Positions 30,880 to 40,676 of a stretch of 64,000 nucleotides of DNA are shown here, piece after piece; the stretch's first letter is position 1; every line of letters starts with the position of its first letter. The notes below the pieces were generated by a model that did not search any database, had not been told where the DNA came from, and saw only the letters and a program-made list of their open reading frames with translations. Position numbers and translations under genes: made by a program. The stretch covers positions 2,048,001 to 2,112,000 of the forward strand of contig CAXXJJ010000004.1 of assembly GCA_963667015.2 (NCBI GenBank). Direction: 5' to 3'. This stretch comes from Desulfatiglandales bacterium (GTDB lineage: Bacteria > Desulfobacterota > DSM-4660 > Desulfatiglandales > HGW-15).

Positions 30880-31878
30880 ATGGGATTTCTGGATGAAGCG
30901 GTTATACATGTTGTTTCCGGGGATGGTGGAAAAGGCTGTGTAAGTTTCAGAAGAGAACGTTTTATCCCCAAAGGCGGTCCCGATGGAGGGGACGGCGGTA
31001 AAGGCGGGGATATCATTATAAGGGCTTCAAACAAGCTCCACACCCTCTCCGATTTCAGCTCCCGAAGACGATTCAAAGCACAGAATGGCGGCGCAGGAAA
31101 AGGCAGCAATCAAACCGGCAAAAATGCTGAAGATGTTGTCATTGAAGTGCCCCTGGGCACAATTATCGCTAATCATCAGACAGGAGAGATACTTGGAGAC
31201 CTGATCCAAAATGAACAGGAACTCACCATAGTCTCCGGGGGAATAGGTGGAAAGGGAAACAAACATTTCACCACATCAACCAACAGGGCCCCAAGATTTG
31301 CACAAAGCGGTATTCCCGGAGAATCAAAAGATCTTAAACTAACCCTGAAACACCTTGCAGATATAGGACTCATAGGCCTTCCAAACGCAGGTAAATCAAC
31401 CCTTTTATCCTGCCTGACAATGGCACGCCCCAAGATTGACGGGTATCCATTTACTACAATTGTTCCGAATCTGGGGATACTTGACCTTGATGAGGAAAAG
31501 AATCTTACAATCGCAGATATTCCCGGCTTAATTGAAGGAGCCAGCGAAGGAAAAGGACTCGGGCACCGTTTCTTAAGGCATATAGAGAGAACAAAATTCC
31601 TTCTCCATGTAATTGACGTTTCCCAGGCCCCGGCAGATGATCCGCTCAGAGACTATCATACTCTGGAGGATGAATTGAAAAGGTATGATATCTCGCTCCT
31701 CCAGAAAAAAAGGATAATCATTGTTAATAAAATTGACCTTGAACGACCTGATGGGTTAAAACCCGAAGATATTATTTTAAAAATAAACAAGGCCGGTTTT
31801 GAAACCATAGCAGTTTCAGCACTGACAGGTAAAGGGATCAGGGAATTGAAAAAGTTTTTAAAAGAAAGTATTGATTAA
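30880..31878 (+). CDS. obgE: GTPase ObgE
   Basis: Gly-rich Obg fold; GLPNAGKST, YPFTT, DIPG and NKID motifs. Confidence 0.96.
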   Translation: MGFLDEAVIHVVSGDGGKGCVSFRRERFIPKGGPDGGDGGKGGDIIIRASNKLHTLSDFSSRRRFKAQNGGAGKGSNQTGKNAEDVVIEVPLGTIIANHQTGEILGDLIQNEQELTIVSGGIGGKGNKHFTTSTNRAPRFAQSGIPGESKDLKLTLKHLADIGLIGLPNAGKSTLLSCLTMARPKIDGYPFTTIVPNLGILDLDEEKNLTIADIPGLIEGASEGKGLGHRFLRHIERTKFLLHVIDVSQAPADDPLRDYHTLEDELKRYDISLLQKKRIIIVNKIDLERPDGLKPEDIILKINKAGFETIAVSALTGKGIRELKKFLKESID

Positions 31879-32025
31879 ATACTAAAAAAACTCAAGGGCT
31901 GATTGAACTGCTTTTCCGGAAATTACGACCTGCAGGTTTTTACAAAAAATGCAAAATAGTATATCTCTCTTGATATCAATCAACATCATGTAACCGATTG
32001 ATTAATTCAATCCACAATATATAAT

Positions 32026-33198
32026 ATGGAAAACAAATCAAATATTAACAGAAAAAACCAGCTTAAATCGGCCCGACGCATTGTAATAAAAGCCGGGAGC
32101 GGCATACTTACCGGCAAAGACGGCCTTAACAGGAACACGATTAATAATATAACAAACGACATATGCGACTTAAGGTCAAAAGGATTTGAGATTATTCTTG
32201 TCTCATCCGGAGCTATTTCTGCCGGTTTAAAAAAAGTGGGTTACTCAAAAAGACCTGAGGCCATATCCGAAAAACAGGCCATGGCGGCAATCGGTCAGGG
32301 CAGGCTTATGAATGCATATGAAAAGGCCTTTGCCCGTCATGGCTATACTGTAGCCCAGATACTCATTACAAGGGATGATCTTAATAACAGACGCCGCTAC
32401 CTGAATGCCCGGAATACGATCTTTACACTTTTATCATGGGGAATAATCCCTATAATAAACGAAAACGACACAGTAGTCATTGATGAGATAAAATTTGGAG
32501 ACAATGACAATCTCAGTGCCATGGTAGCAAATATGACAGATTCAAATCTGCTTATCAACCTGACAGATATCGACGGATTATTCGATGATGATCCCAGGAC
32601 AAATAAAAAAGCGAGATTGATACCTGTTATAGAAAAGATAGATAACACTATTTTTAATTTTGCCAGTTCTACACCAGGGGCGCTGGGAACAGGAGGAATG
32701 GCAAGCAAAATAACCGCAGCGAAAAAAGCCACTTTGAAAGGGATTCCTGTAGTCATAGCAAATGGCAGAAAAAGGGGTATTATAAAAAGAATAATACAGG
32801 GTGAAGATGCCGGCACACTCTTCACACCGCAAACCATGGCTATTTGCGGACGCAAACACTGGATCGCCTTTTCAAGGGCAATTAAAGGTAAAATAATTAT
32901 TGACCAGGGTGCAGTAAGGGCATTGATGAAGAATGGAAAAAGTCTTCTTCCGTCAGGTGTAGTTGAGGTTACAGGAAGATTTAACAGAGGTGATTCAGTA
33001 CAGGTTGTGGATCATCAGGGAAAAGAGATTGCAATTGGAATGGTTGACTACAACTCGGTTGATCTGGATAAAATAAAAGGATTAAACAGCAGCAAAATCG
33101 AACCATCACTGGGCTATAAACATAATGATGAGGTAATCCATAGAGATAACCTGGTAATAATCTACGGAATTGAAAACGGAGATGAGGCATGTCAGTAA
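32026..33198 (+). CDS. proB: Glutamate 5-kinase
   Basis: [20 protein letters not shown] and GTGGM motifs; C-terminal PUA domain. Confidence 0.96.
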   Translation: MENKSNINRKNQLKSARRIVIKAGSGILTGKDGLNRNTINNITNDICDLRSKGFEIILVSSGAISAGLKKVGYSKRPEAISEKQAMAAIGQGRLMNAYEKAFARHGYTVAQILITRDDLNNRRRYLNARNTIFTLLSWGIIPIINENDTVVIDEIKFGDNDNLSAMVANMTDSNLLINLTDIDGLFDDDPRTNKKARLIPVIEKIDNTIFNFASSTPGALGTGGMASKITAAKKATLKGIPVVIANGRKRGIIKRIIQGEDAGTLFTPQTMAICGRKHWIAFSRAIKGKIIIDQGAVRALMKNGKSLLPSGVVEVTGRFNRGDSVQVVDHQGKEIAIGMVDYNSVDLDKIKGLNSSKIEPSLGYKHNDEVIHRDNLVIIYGIENGDEACQ

Positions 33199-34445
33199 AA
33201 CAAATGATAAATGAGATTGCAGTAGCAGCAAAGGAGGCATCAAGGAGCCTTAGAACCATAAAGAGGAACGAAAAAGATGCTGCACTTGAATCAATCGCTA
33301 AAAAGCTGATTGAAAGAAAAAACGATATCCAGTCTGAGAATAAAAAGGATCTTGATGCTGCCATAGTAAAAGGGTTGAGCCCTGCAATGATTGACAGACT
33401 CACACTCAGTGACAAGACCATTAACTCAATGGTCGACGGGCTTAAAGAGGTAATGTTGCTTCCTGACCCGGTTGGAGAGGTAACCGGGATGTGGAAACGT
33501 CCCAACAATCTTCTCGCCGGCAAGGTCAGGATTCCTCTGGGGGTTATCGGGTTTATTTACGAATCCAGACCTAACGTAACGGTTGATGCGGCAAGCCTTT
33601 GTCTGAAATCCGGTAATGCAGTTATATTAAAGGGAGGTTCAGAGGCAATACATTCAAATTTAATACTTGCCGAGATAATAAAAGAGTCGCTTGAGGAAAA
33701 CAAACTTCCAGGGAAAGCGGTACAGGTAATTCCAACTACGGACAGACAAGCCACAACGGAGCTTTTATTATGTGATGAACTGATAGATGTAATTATTCCC
33801 AGAGGCGGTGAAGGATTGATCCGTTTTGTCAGTGAGAATTCCAGGATACCTGTCCTGAAACACTACAAGGGAGTATGCCATGCATATGTTGATAAATTTG
33901 CAGATATCAGGACAGCAATAGATATCTGTGTAAACTCAAAGGCACAAAGACCCGGGGTCTGCAATGCGCTGGAGACAATGCTGGTGCATGAAGAAATCGC
34001 CGGAGATTTTTTACCTGAAGCGGCAGAGGCATTTTTAAAGGCAGGTGTAGAACTCAGGGGATGCGAAAAGACAAGGAGTATCATTCCCGATATAACTCCG
34101 GCAACCGAAGAAGACTGGCCTGCCGAATTTCTGGATCTGATACTTGCAGTAAAAACAGTAAGCAGTATGGAAGAGGCATGCATCCACATAGATAAATACG
34201 GATCGAATCATACTGAGACAATAATCACAAAGGATTACGCAAGGGCCAGAAAATTTCTTGAACAGGTGGACTCATCAGTTGTCCTGGTGAATGCATCAAC
34301 CAGGTTCAATGACGGCAACCAGCTTGGGCTTGGAGCTGAAATAGGAATAAATACTTCCAAACTTCATGCATTCGGCCCCATGGGACTGGAAGAATTGACA
34401 ACAACAAAATTTATTGTTTATGGTGACGGTCAGATCAGGGAATAG
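33189..34445 (+). CDS. proA: Glutamate-5-semialdehyde dehydrogenase
   Basis: [26 protein letters not shown] and [10 protein letters not shown] motifs. Confidence 0.96.
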   Translation: MSVKQMINEIAVAAKEASRSLRTIKRNEKDAALESIAKKLIERKNDIQSENKKDLDAAIVKGLSPAMIDRLTLSDKTINSMVDGLKEVMLLPDPVGEVTGMWKRPNNLLAGKVRIPLGVIGFIYESRPNVTVDAASLCLKSGNAVILKGGSEAIHSNLILAEIIKESLEENKLPGKAVQVIPTTDRQATTELLLCDELIDVIIPRGGEGLIRFVSENSRIPVLKHYKGVCHAYVDKFADIRTAIDICVNSKAQRPGVCNALETMLVHEEIAGDFLPEAAEAFLKAGVELRGCEKTRSIIPDITPATEEDWPAEFLDLILAVKTVSSMEEACIHIDKYGSNHTETIITKDYARARKFLEQVDSSVVLVNASTRFNDGNQLGLGAEIGINTSKLHAFGPMGLEELTTTKFIVYGDGQIRE

Positions 34446-34457
34446 GAGGATTTTCAT

Positions 34458-35111
34458 TTGAGAATTGGCATACTGGGTGGGACATTTGACCCCATTCATT
34501 CCGGACATCTCAGGCTGGCAGAAGAAATGCGCGAAGAGCTTGATCTGTCAAAGGTACTTCTAATGCCGGGTGCACAACCTCCACATAAGAACAGCCCTCT
34601 GGTGGCTCCTTTTCCTGACCGGCTTGAAATGACAAAGATCGGGGCAGCTTGTTCCGAGCTCCTTGAGGCATGCGATATAGAAGGTCACAGGAAAGGCCCC
34701 TCATATTCCATAGAAACGATCAGGATAATCCGTGAAATATATGGCAATCAGCTAGAATTGTTTTTTATCCTGGGAAGTGATGCATTTAGAGAGATAACTA
34801 CATGGAAGGAATATAAAGGTCTTTTTCAGATAACCAACTTTGTTGTGATTGAAAGGCCTGGTATCACGCTTGATGAACTGGGCACTTTTATAAAATCACT
34901 TGGAATGGATTTTAAGGAGGAAAGCCCCGGAAATTTTATAAACTCATCCGGAAATCATATTTTATTTAGAAAAACGACTTTAATGGACATCTCATCCACT
35001 AAAATTCGTCAAAATATCATGACCGGTAAATCAATTAATTTTTTGGTACCTCAAAAAGTAAAAAAGTATATTATCAAGAAGGGATTATATAAAAAAAATG
35101 AAGTCGCTTGA
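34458..35111 (+). CDS. nadD: Nicotinate-nucleotide adenylyltransferase
   Basis: GGTFDPIHSGH, PPHK and ISSTKIR motifs. Confidence 0.95.
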   Translation: MRIGILGGTFDPIHSGHLRLAEEMREELDLSKVLLMPGAQPPHKNSPLVAPFPDRLEMTKIGAACSELLEACDIEGHRKGPSYSIETIRIIREIYGNQLELFFILGSDAFREITTWKEYKGLFQITNFVVIERPGITLDELGTFIKSLGMDFKEESPGNFINSSGNHILFRKTTLMDISSTKIRQNIMTGKSINFLVPQKVKKYIIKKGLYKKNEVA

Positions 35112-35463
35112 CAAAGCATTACTTGCTGCAGATATTATTATGGAACGAAAAGCCGTTGAACCTGTCTTATTTAATGTAGGTGAAATGTCTTCCTTTACGG
35201 ACTATTTCCTTATCGCAGGTGGAAACTCCACACGCCAGGTTCAATCCATGGCGCGCCACCTTGAAAAAAGGATGAAAGAAAACAGGTTCAAATCCTATGG
35301 CACGGAAGGCGAACTTGAAGGACAGTGGATATTAATGGATTATGGAGACCTGATAATCCACCTTTTTTATCAACCCGTCAGAGAACTCTATGACCTGGAA
35401 GGTCTCTGGATGGAAGCACCAAGGATAGAAATCGAAAACAATGACCTCCCTGATAAAGAATAA
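35098..35463 (+). CDS. rsfS: Ribosome silencing factor
   Basis: DYFLIA…WILMDYGDLIIHLF…YDLEGLW. Confidence 0.94.
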   Translation: MKSLDKALLAADIIMERKAVEPVLFNVGEMSSFTDYFLIAGGNSTRQVQSMARHLEKRMKENRFKSYGTEGELEGQWILMDYGDLIIHLFYQPVRELYDLEGLWMEAPRIEIENNDLPDKE

Positions 35464-36949
35464 ATTTTGCATCATTACATTGATTATTCTCTTTATCCTG
35501 TCACAGCAGAGTACACTCATGGCCCTTTCAATTGAACAGGAGGCAAAAGAAGGGGAAAAATTTATCGCAGAGGTAAAAAAACACCTTGAACTGGTAGACG
35601 ACCCCTTTTTAAATGATTTCATAAATGATTTAGGCCAATTCATTGTAAAAGCCGTTGAAACCAGACCTTTTAATTTTAATTTCTATATAATAAGAAATGA
35701 AGAACTGAATGCCTTTGCCGGTCCCGGCGGACATATTTTCATTCATACTGGGCTTATCAGGGCAATGGACGATCTTGATGAACTTGCCTCGGTAATGAGT
35801 CACGAAATAGCCCATGTATCGAAACGCCATATCTCTCAGCAGGTGGAACAGGCTACAAAACTGGGATACGGGACATTACTGGGTCTGCTGGCAGGAATCC
35901 TTATCGGGGGGAGTGATACATCTGAGGCCGTAATGGTAGGAACCCTTGCAGCAGCTCAACAGAAACAACTCAGCTACAGCAGAGATGCTGAACGCCAGGC
36001 TGATCAGGCAGGATTTAAATACGCTGCAAAATCAGGTTTTAACCCCGCAGCCATAAAAAGTGCACTATCGAAGCTCCAGAGGGGTAATTTTGGGGCAAAT
36101 AAGATTCCGGCATACCTTCTTACTCACCCGGTTGGTCCTGAAAGGATATCAAATATTGAATCAATGCTTTCTTCTCCTTATGTTGTTGAGGGAGGTAAAG
36201 CCAAGACTATTCAATTTCGAAAACTATACCCTATCTTTAGAACTATAATAATGGCAAAATATGAAGACAGGGATGAAATGATTAATTATTTTACATCCGA
36301 ATTAACAAAATCCCCTGATTCTCCCCTGGAAAACCTCGGGATGGGTATTGTTTTGAAGGAGAGCGGCGAGCACTCAAAGGCGATAGATCATCTTAAGAAG
36401 GCAATAAGGAGTCTTGTCGATCCCCAACCTGTATTGAGGTATCTGAGTGAGGCATACCTGTTTAATGATGAACCTGAAATGGCAATCTCCACCCTTCGGG
36501 AGGCATTAAAAAATAACGGCAATGATAAGCCAAGTTTGTATACTCTGGCGAAAACATACCAGAAAATCGAGGAGTACAACAAGGCTATCGATATATATGA
36601 AAAACTGAAACTTATGGAACCTGTTGAAGATTCTGTCTTTTACAACCTCGGGTATTCCTATGGGAAAGAAAATAAGCTGGGGCCTGCACATTATAATTTC
36701 GGCCTTTTTTATGAACGATTAAGAAATATGAAAGAAGCCGGTTTTCATTTTAGAGAAGCAAAGAAAAAAACCGTAGATAATCCCGCTCTATTGAAAAAGA
36801 TAGATGAGTCTATAGAGAAAATAGATGAAGAAGATAAAGATAAGGATAAAAAAAGAACAACAGAAGATCCGGATGCCCCAGGATTGCGGCAATACCCTCA
36901 TCAATTAGAATACAAAAACCATCAGGAGCATTTATTCTTTAATAAATAA
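35441..36949 (+). CDS. M48 family metalloprotease with TPR repeats (BepA/YfgC-like)
   Basis: NAFAGPGG, HEIAH, E..AD and LLTHP motifs followed by TPRs; signal peptide. Confidence 0.88.
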   Translation: MTSLIKNKFCIITLIILFILSQQSTLMALSIEQEAKEGEKFIAEVKKHLELVDDPFLNDFINDLGQFIVKAVETRPFNFNFYIIRNEELNAFAGPGGHIFIHTGLIRAMDDLDELASVMSHEIAHVSKRHISQQVEQATKLGYGTLLGLLAGILIGGSDTSEAVMVGTLAAAQQKQLSYSRDAERQADQAGFKYAAKSGFNPAAIKSALSKLQRGNFGANKIPAYLLTHPVGPERISNIESMLSSPYVVEGGKAKTIQFRKLYPIFRTIIMAKYEDRDEMINYFTSELTKSPDSPLENLGMGIVLKESGEHSKAIDHLKKAIRSLVDPQPVLRYLSEAYLFNDEPEMAISTLREALKNNGNDKPSLYTLAKTYQKIEEYNKAIDIYEKLKLMEPVEDSVFYNLGYSYGKENKLGPAHYNFGLFYERLRNMKEAGFHFREAKKKTVDNPALLKKIDESIEKIDEEDKDKDKKRTTEDPDAPGLRQYPHQLEYKNHQEHLFFNK

Positions 36950-38463
36950 TCTGCAATCCTGTCTGAAGCTGCCATATTAGGGACAATACCATTAGTAAAA
37001 AAATGAACACCCCGAGTTATTTCTCCAAGGGCAAAGAGGCCGGGAATCCTGTTCCCATTTTTCCCTCTTACCTCACTTGTGTTGAAATCCGCATAAATTC
37101 CTCCATTGGGATGAGGCGCTATTACCCCCTTGTCCAGGAGTCTATTTAGCAAAGGATTATTGAATTTAGCTACATCCAGCCCCTGGCCTGTGGCGTTAAT
37201 TATTACGGAGGTTTCCAGAGTATAGGGAACACCAAATCGTGTACTCACATCGATTTCAAAACCATTATTACCACAAGTTCGAGCACACATACATCCGGAT
37301 TGAATATCGAGTTGGCCCGTTTTGAGTGCATCCAGAATTTTTCTTGCATTAAAAAGCGGCATTGGATGCCTGTATACAGTCCAGAAAGTCTTGTACTCTC
37401 TTTCGAAGATCCTTCTGTCTTCAATGGACATGTTGTCCCATATATATCCGGTCAATGGGCCTGCAGTTGTTAATGCGGCCTGATATGGAATAATTCCTTC
37501 CTCAGCCCTTGAGATATCCTTTTCAAGTATCCGCTTTATTGAGCCCTGAGGATTAAAAATCCGCAGCCAGTCAATTTTTTTTCCTTCCGCTTCTTCCATC
37601 TCTTTAAAAAACAGCTCTTTTACTAAATTAAAGGGAATATTCTCGTTATTCAATTCTGCTAAGATACGGGAGAATTCATCTTTTTTTAGATATTTTAATT
37701 GATAATCAAAGGATCCGCCCTGTACCTTCGGTAAAAATCCGCGCCTTGAAATAAATGTAATTTTCCCCCGGTGCCCACACGCCTGAAGAGTAAAAAATGT
37801 GTCAATGGCACTTAAACCAGTGCCAAGGATACAAACCGGGTTATCATTTGGAATATTTTCTTTTATTGCCTTTACCGGCCATGGATAAGGAATATAGCCC
37901 TTGATGCCCTTCAACTCATTAAGAAAAGAGCTGGGGAAATTACCCGGGGCAAGAACTACATTATCTACTGATATCAGATTTCCGTCTGCCATCTTTACCT
38001 GAATAAAACTTCCATTATGTTCAATATCAACGACTTCTCCGCGGATGAGGTCCAGGGAACACGGGCTGGAAGCGGTTTTCTTCATTGTAGATTCAAGAAT
38101 ATATTTCAGGTATCTGCCATAAATATTTCTCGGTGGATAATTTATGTCATACTTTTCGCAATTTACATCATTGAAAGAGGCATCACCCTGATCTCTGAGC
38201 CATTCTACAAAGTGAAGAGGATTATTTTTTTCAATGCCAAGAGTGTCTGCCCTCATGTTCAGGATATGAGAAGATAGAGGAGAGCTATAGGCAAGCCCGG
38301 GACCGAAATCAGGACCTTTCTCGATTAAAAAAACAGTTACGCCCACATCAGATTCATTGCATGCCTTTTCAATAATCTGGTTTGCCAAAATCGTTCCGCT
38401 TGCACCTGCACCTATTATTGCAACCGATGTTTTTCCAATATTCATAAGATTGCCCCTTTTCAA
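36922..38463 (-). CDS. FAD/NAD(P)-binding oxidoreductase of unknown function
   Basis: IIGAGASG, GPGLAY…HILN, GTGLSAID, SRRG and INATG motifs. Confidence 0.8.
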   Translation of the reverse strand: MKRGNLMNIGKTSVAIIGAGASGTILANQIIEKACNESDVGVTVFLIEKGPDFGPGLAYSSPLSSHILNMRADTLGIEKNNPLHFVEWLRDQGDASFNDVNCEKYDINYPPRNIYGRYLKYILESTMKKTASSPCSLDLIRGEVVDIEHNGSFIQVKMADGNLISVDNVVLAPGNFPSSFLNELKGIKGYIPYPWPVKAIKENIPNDNPVCILGTGLSAIDTFFTLQACGHRGKITFISRRGFLPKVQGGSFDYQLKYLKKDEFSRILAELNNENIPFNLVKELFFKEMEEAEGKKIDWLRIFNPQGSIKRILEKDISRAEEGIIPYQAALTTAGPLTGYIWDNMSIEDRRIFEREYKTFWTVYRHPMPLFNARKILDALKTGQLDIQSGCMCARTCGNNGFEIDVSTRFGVPYTLETSVIINATGQGLDVAKFNNPLLNRLLDKGVIAPHPNGGIYADFNTSEVRGKNGNRIPGLFALGEITRGVHFFTNGIVPNMAASDRIADYLLKNKCS

Positions 38464-38508
38464 TTAAATATCGCCTGAGATAAAATCTGTTTACCTGAGT
38501 TTACTGCA

Positions 38509-39123
38509 TTAACGCCTGAGCTCCCTGGCCTTCTCAAAATCTGTATCAGCATCTTTAACTTCTCCCATGGCCTGATGAATGAGGCCTCTGTTAAAATAAA
38601 GATCGGGATCTTCATTATCAAGTTTAATGGCATTATTATAATCTTCAAGTGCCTCCCCGGATTTACCTAATTGCAGATAGGCATTCCCCCGGTTACAATA
38701 AGCATCTGTCATTTCAGGGTTTATTCGTATTGCTTGAGAAAAATCTGAAATTGCGTCATCATATTTTTTTTCCTTAAGAAATATCAGGCCCCTGTTAAAA
38801 TAGGCATCAGCATAATTGCTGTCGAGTTCCAGAGCATTGGAATAGTCTTTTTCAGCTAATTTATAGTTCCCCATCTCGGCATAGATCCATCCCCGGTTAT
38901 AGTATATATCAGCGGTTTCAAATCCCATCTTTAATAATATATTTGTCTTTTTTAATTCTGAATCCAGATTGACTACCCTATCATCTATATTATCCACAGA
39001 AGGATCGGGAATGGTTTGATTATTTTCCTGATATCCCTTCATTATCATCTGATAGAGTATGAAATAGATAAAACCAAATAAAACAATGAAAAGGGTAACC
39101 TTTTTAATTAAAGAATGATCCAC
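38509..39123 (-). CDS. Membrane-anchored TPR protein
   Basis: One N-terminal TM segment and four Y.NRG TPR repeats. Confidence 0.85.
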   Translation of the reverse strand: MDHSLIKKVTLFIVLFGFIYFILYQMIMKGYQENNQTIPDPSVDNIDDRVVNLDSELKKTNILLKMGFETADIYYNRGWIYAEMGNYKLAEKDYSNALELDSNYADAYFNRGLIFLKEKKYDDAISDFSQAIRINPEMTDAYCNRGNAYLQLGKSGEALEDYNNAIKLDNEDPDLYFNRGLIHQAMGEVKDADTDFEKARELRR

Positions 39124-39158
39124 TTCATTTCACCTGCCAGGTTCTTTTAAAATATCAT

Positions 39159-39731
39159 TTAATCCACATGCACCAGTATATCATCCAGTGACCGTTTGGG
39201 AACATGATGAATACCGTTCCCGTCGCGCCAGTATTTCACACTGCCATCATTTTCCATCTCTTCTAGCTTAACATCTTCCCCCACCCTGCCTATTGCTATT
39301 ATATGCAGTATTTCATATTTTTCAGGAATATTCAGTTTTTCAATGATATTTTTTCTGTCAACCGCCCCAATTATACAGCAACCTAGTCCAATCTCTGCAG
39401 CACCCAGGAGGATATTCTGTGTAGCAATTCCATGATCACATCCAAAGGAATTTGATATGGACCGGTCTCCCATGACAACAATGTATGCGGAAGGACGTTC
39501 ACCCTTAAGAGGCCCCTTCCATTCCTTGAGATAACCCGCCCACATAAGATTCGGGAATATTATATCATTCATTTTTTCCTTAAAGGAAATAATATACTTT
39601 AGAGGCTGCAGGTTTGCGGCTGATGCTGACAACCTTGCAATATCAATAAGGTAAAGCAATGTCTCTTCACTTATGGGTTCCTCAATAAAACGTCTTATAC
39701 TTCTGGTTTTTATTACAAGTTCTTTTATCAT
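39159..39731 (-). CDS. Nitroreductase family protein
   Basis: RSIRRF, SASAANLQP and GLGCCIIG motifs. Confidence 0.9.
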   Translation of the reverse strand: MIKELVIKTRSIRRFIEEPISEETLLYLIDIARLSASAANLQPLKYIISFKEKMNDIIFPNLMWAGYLKEWKGPLKGERPSAYIVVMGDRSISNSFGCDHGIATQNILLGAAEIGLGCCIIGAVDRKNIIEKLNIPEKYEILHIIAIGRVGEDVKLEEMENDGSVKYWRDGNGIHHVPKRSLDDILVHVD

Positions 39732-39827
39732 TTCTTATATCCTCCATCTTTTAAAGTTATTTCACTATCAGGAATGCATAACAATAACAGTAAATCCTGT
39801 AAGGTTTTTCGGGGATCTGATAAAATG

Positions 39828-39866
39828 TGCACATCTTTATGTGCGCCATGCACATTTTTATGTGCA
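39828..39866. promoter_or_regulatory. Tandem palindromic enhancer sites (putative bEBP UAS)
   Basis: TGCACATCTTTATGTGCG (39828-39845) and TGCACATTTTTATGTGCA (39849-39866), 21 bp apart. Confidence 0.65.
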
Positions 39867-39948
39867 TTTTTTAAGTTTTTGCAATACTTCTCCGGCAAAA
39901 AATTATCCAGTAATTAACACCAAAGGACATCAACTGGCGACAACCTTA

Positions 39949-39961
39949 TAAAATATTGATT
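39949..39961 (-). promoter_or_regulatory. IHF binding site
   Basis: TAAAATATTGATT is an exact reverse-complement match to WATCAANNNNTTR, lying between the UAS and the sigma54 box. Confidence 0.55.
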
Positions 39962-40020
39962 TCATTAACTAATTACACATTAAAAATAATCATAAAAACA
40001 AGAATCAAAAACCTCTAAAC

Positions 40021-40036
40021 TGGCATAAATATTGTA
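40021..40036 (+). promoter_or_regulatory. sigma54 (-24/-12) promoter
   Basis: TGGCATAAATATTGTA versus TGGCAC-N5-TTGCW; correct spacing, GT variant at -12. Confidence 0.6.
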
Positions 40037-40046
40037 TTGTTAATTC

Positions 40047-40186
40047 AATGAACACATTGTGACCTGATTCATTAAAAGACTTTTCATAGAAAAGGTAAGG
40101 AGACTAAACTTTTAATAAATAGACTATATGTGTTCACCCTCCCGAAACCCATCTTCTTGTTTGCAGGAAGATGGGTTTTTATTTTT
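40047..40186 (+). ncRNA. Candidate sigma54-dependent small RNA (~140 nt)
   Basis: Bounded by the sigma54 box and a terminator; nested complementary segments; no credible ORF. Confidence 0.5.
40145..40186 (+). terminator. Intrinsic terminator
   Basis: AAACCCATCTTCTTG-ttg-CAGGAAGATGGGTTTTTATTTTT-type stem with U-tract. Confidence 0.8.
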
Positions 40187-40335
40187 CAGGGCATTCAATT
40201 TTTCGCTTTCTGAAGCCAAATACTATTTAGCATATATTGAGGAATGATGAAATAAAATACCAATATATAGCATTTTATGATTGACATATACATTTTTTTC
40301 CTTTATGAAATTTGAAAATAATATCTAATGGAAGG

Positions 40336-40495
40336 TGCTTCAAATATTTATCCAAGGTGATATCTCTAAGGTCCTTCTGGTTAAAATGAATCAGCAGCAG
40401 TGAAAAACATTTTTTACATTTATACTAATAGCTCTTCCTAAAATCGAAAATGATATAGATACAGCCGATATCACCTTGGAAAAATATTTGAAGCA
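40336..40495. repeat. 29-bp inverted repeat (1 mismatch) enclosing 102 bp
   Basis: TGCTTCAAATATTTATCCAAGGTGATATC (40336-40364) and GATATCACCTTGGAAAAATATTTGAAGCA (40467-40495). Confidence 0.85.
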
Positions 40496-40676
40496 TGTAT
40501 TGCCTCTCCTGCCTGCTACTTGCACACCGAATAGATACATTATAATTTAGAATAATAACTTTTTCTTTCTCAACATTTTTTGCCGGTTATCCGTTTAAGC
40601 TTTAAAATCCAAACTCCCTTTGATTTTTCATCTTTCTCTTGTTATATATATTTTCAATTCAAACAAGGAAAATAAT

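Noticed and set aside
40336..40495. Retron msr-msd RNA (a1/a2 inverted repeats)
   Set aside because: No reverse transcriptase nearby and no long internal msd hairpin.
40386..40550. Possible selenoprotein ORF MNQQQ-TGA-KTFF…
   Set aside because: No SD, no evident SECIS hairpin after the TGA, and no recognisable redox motif.
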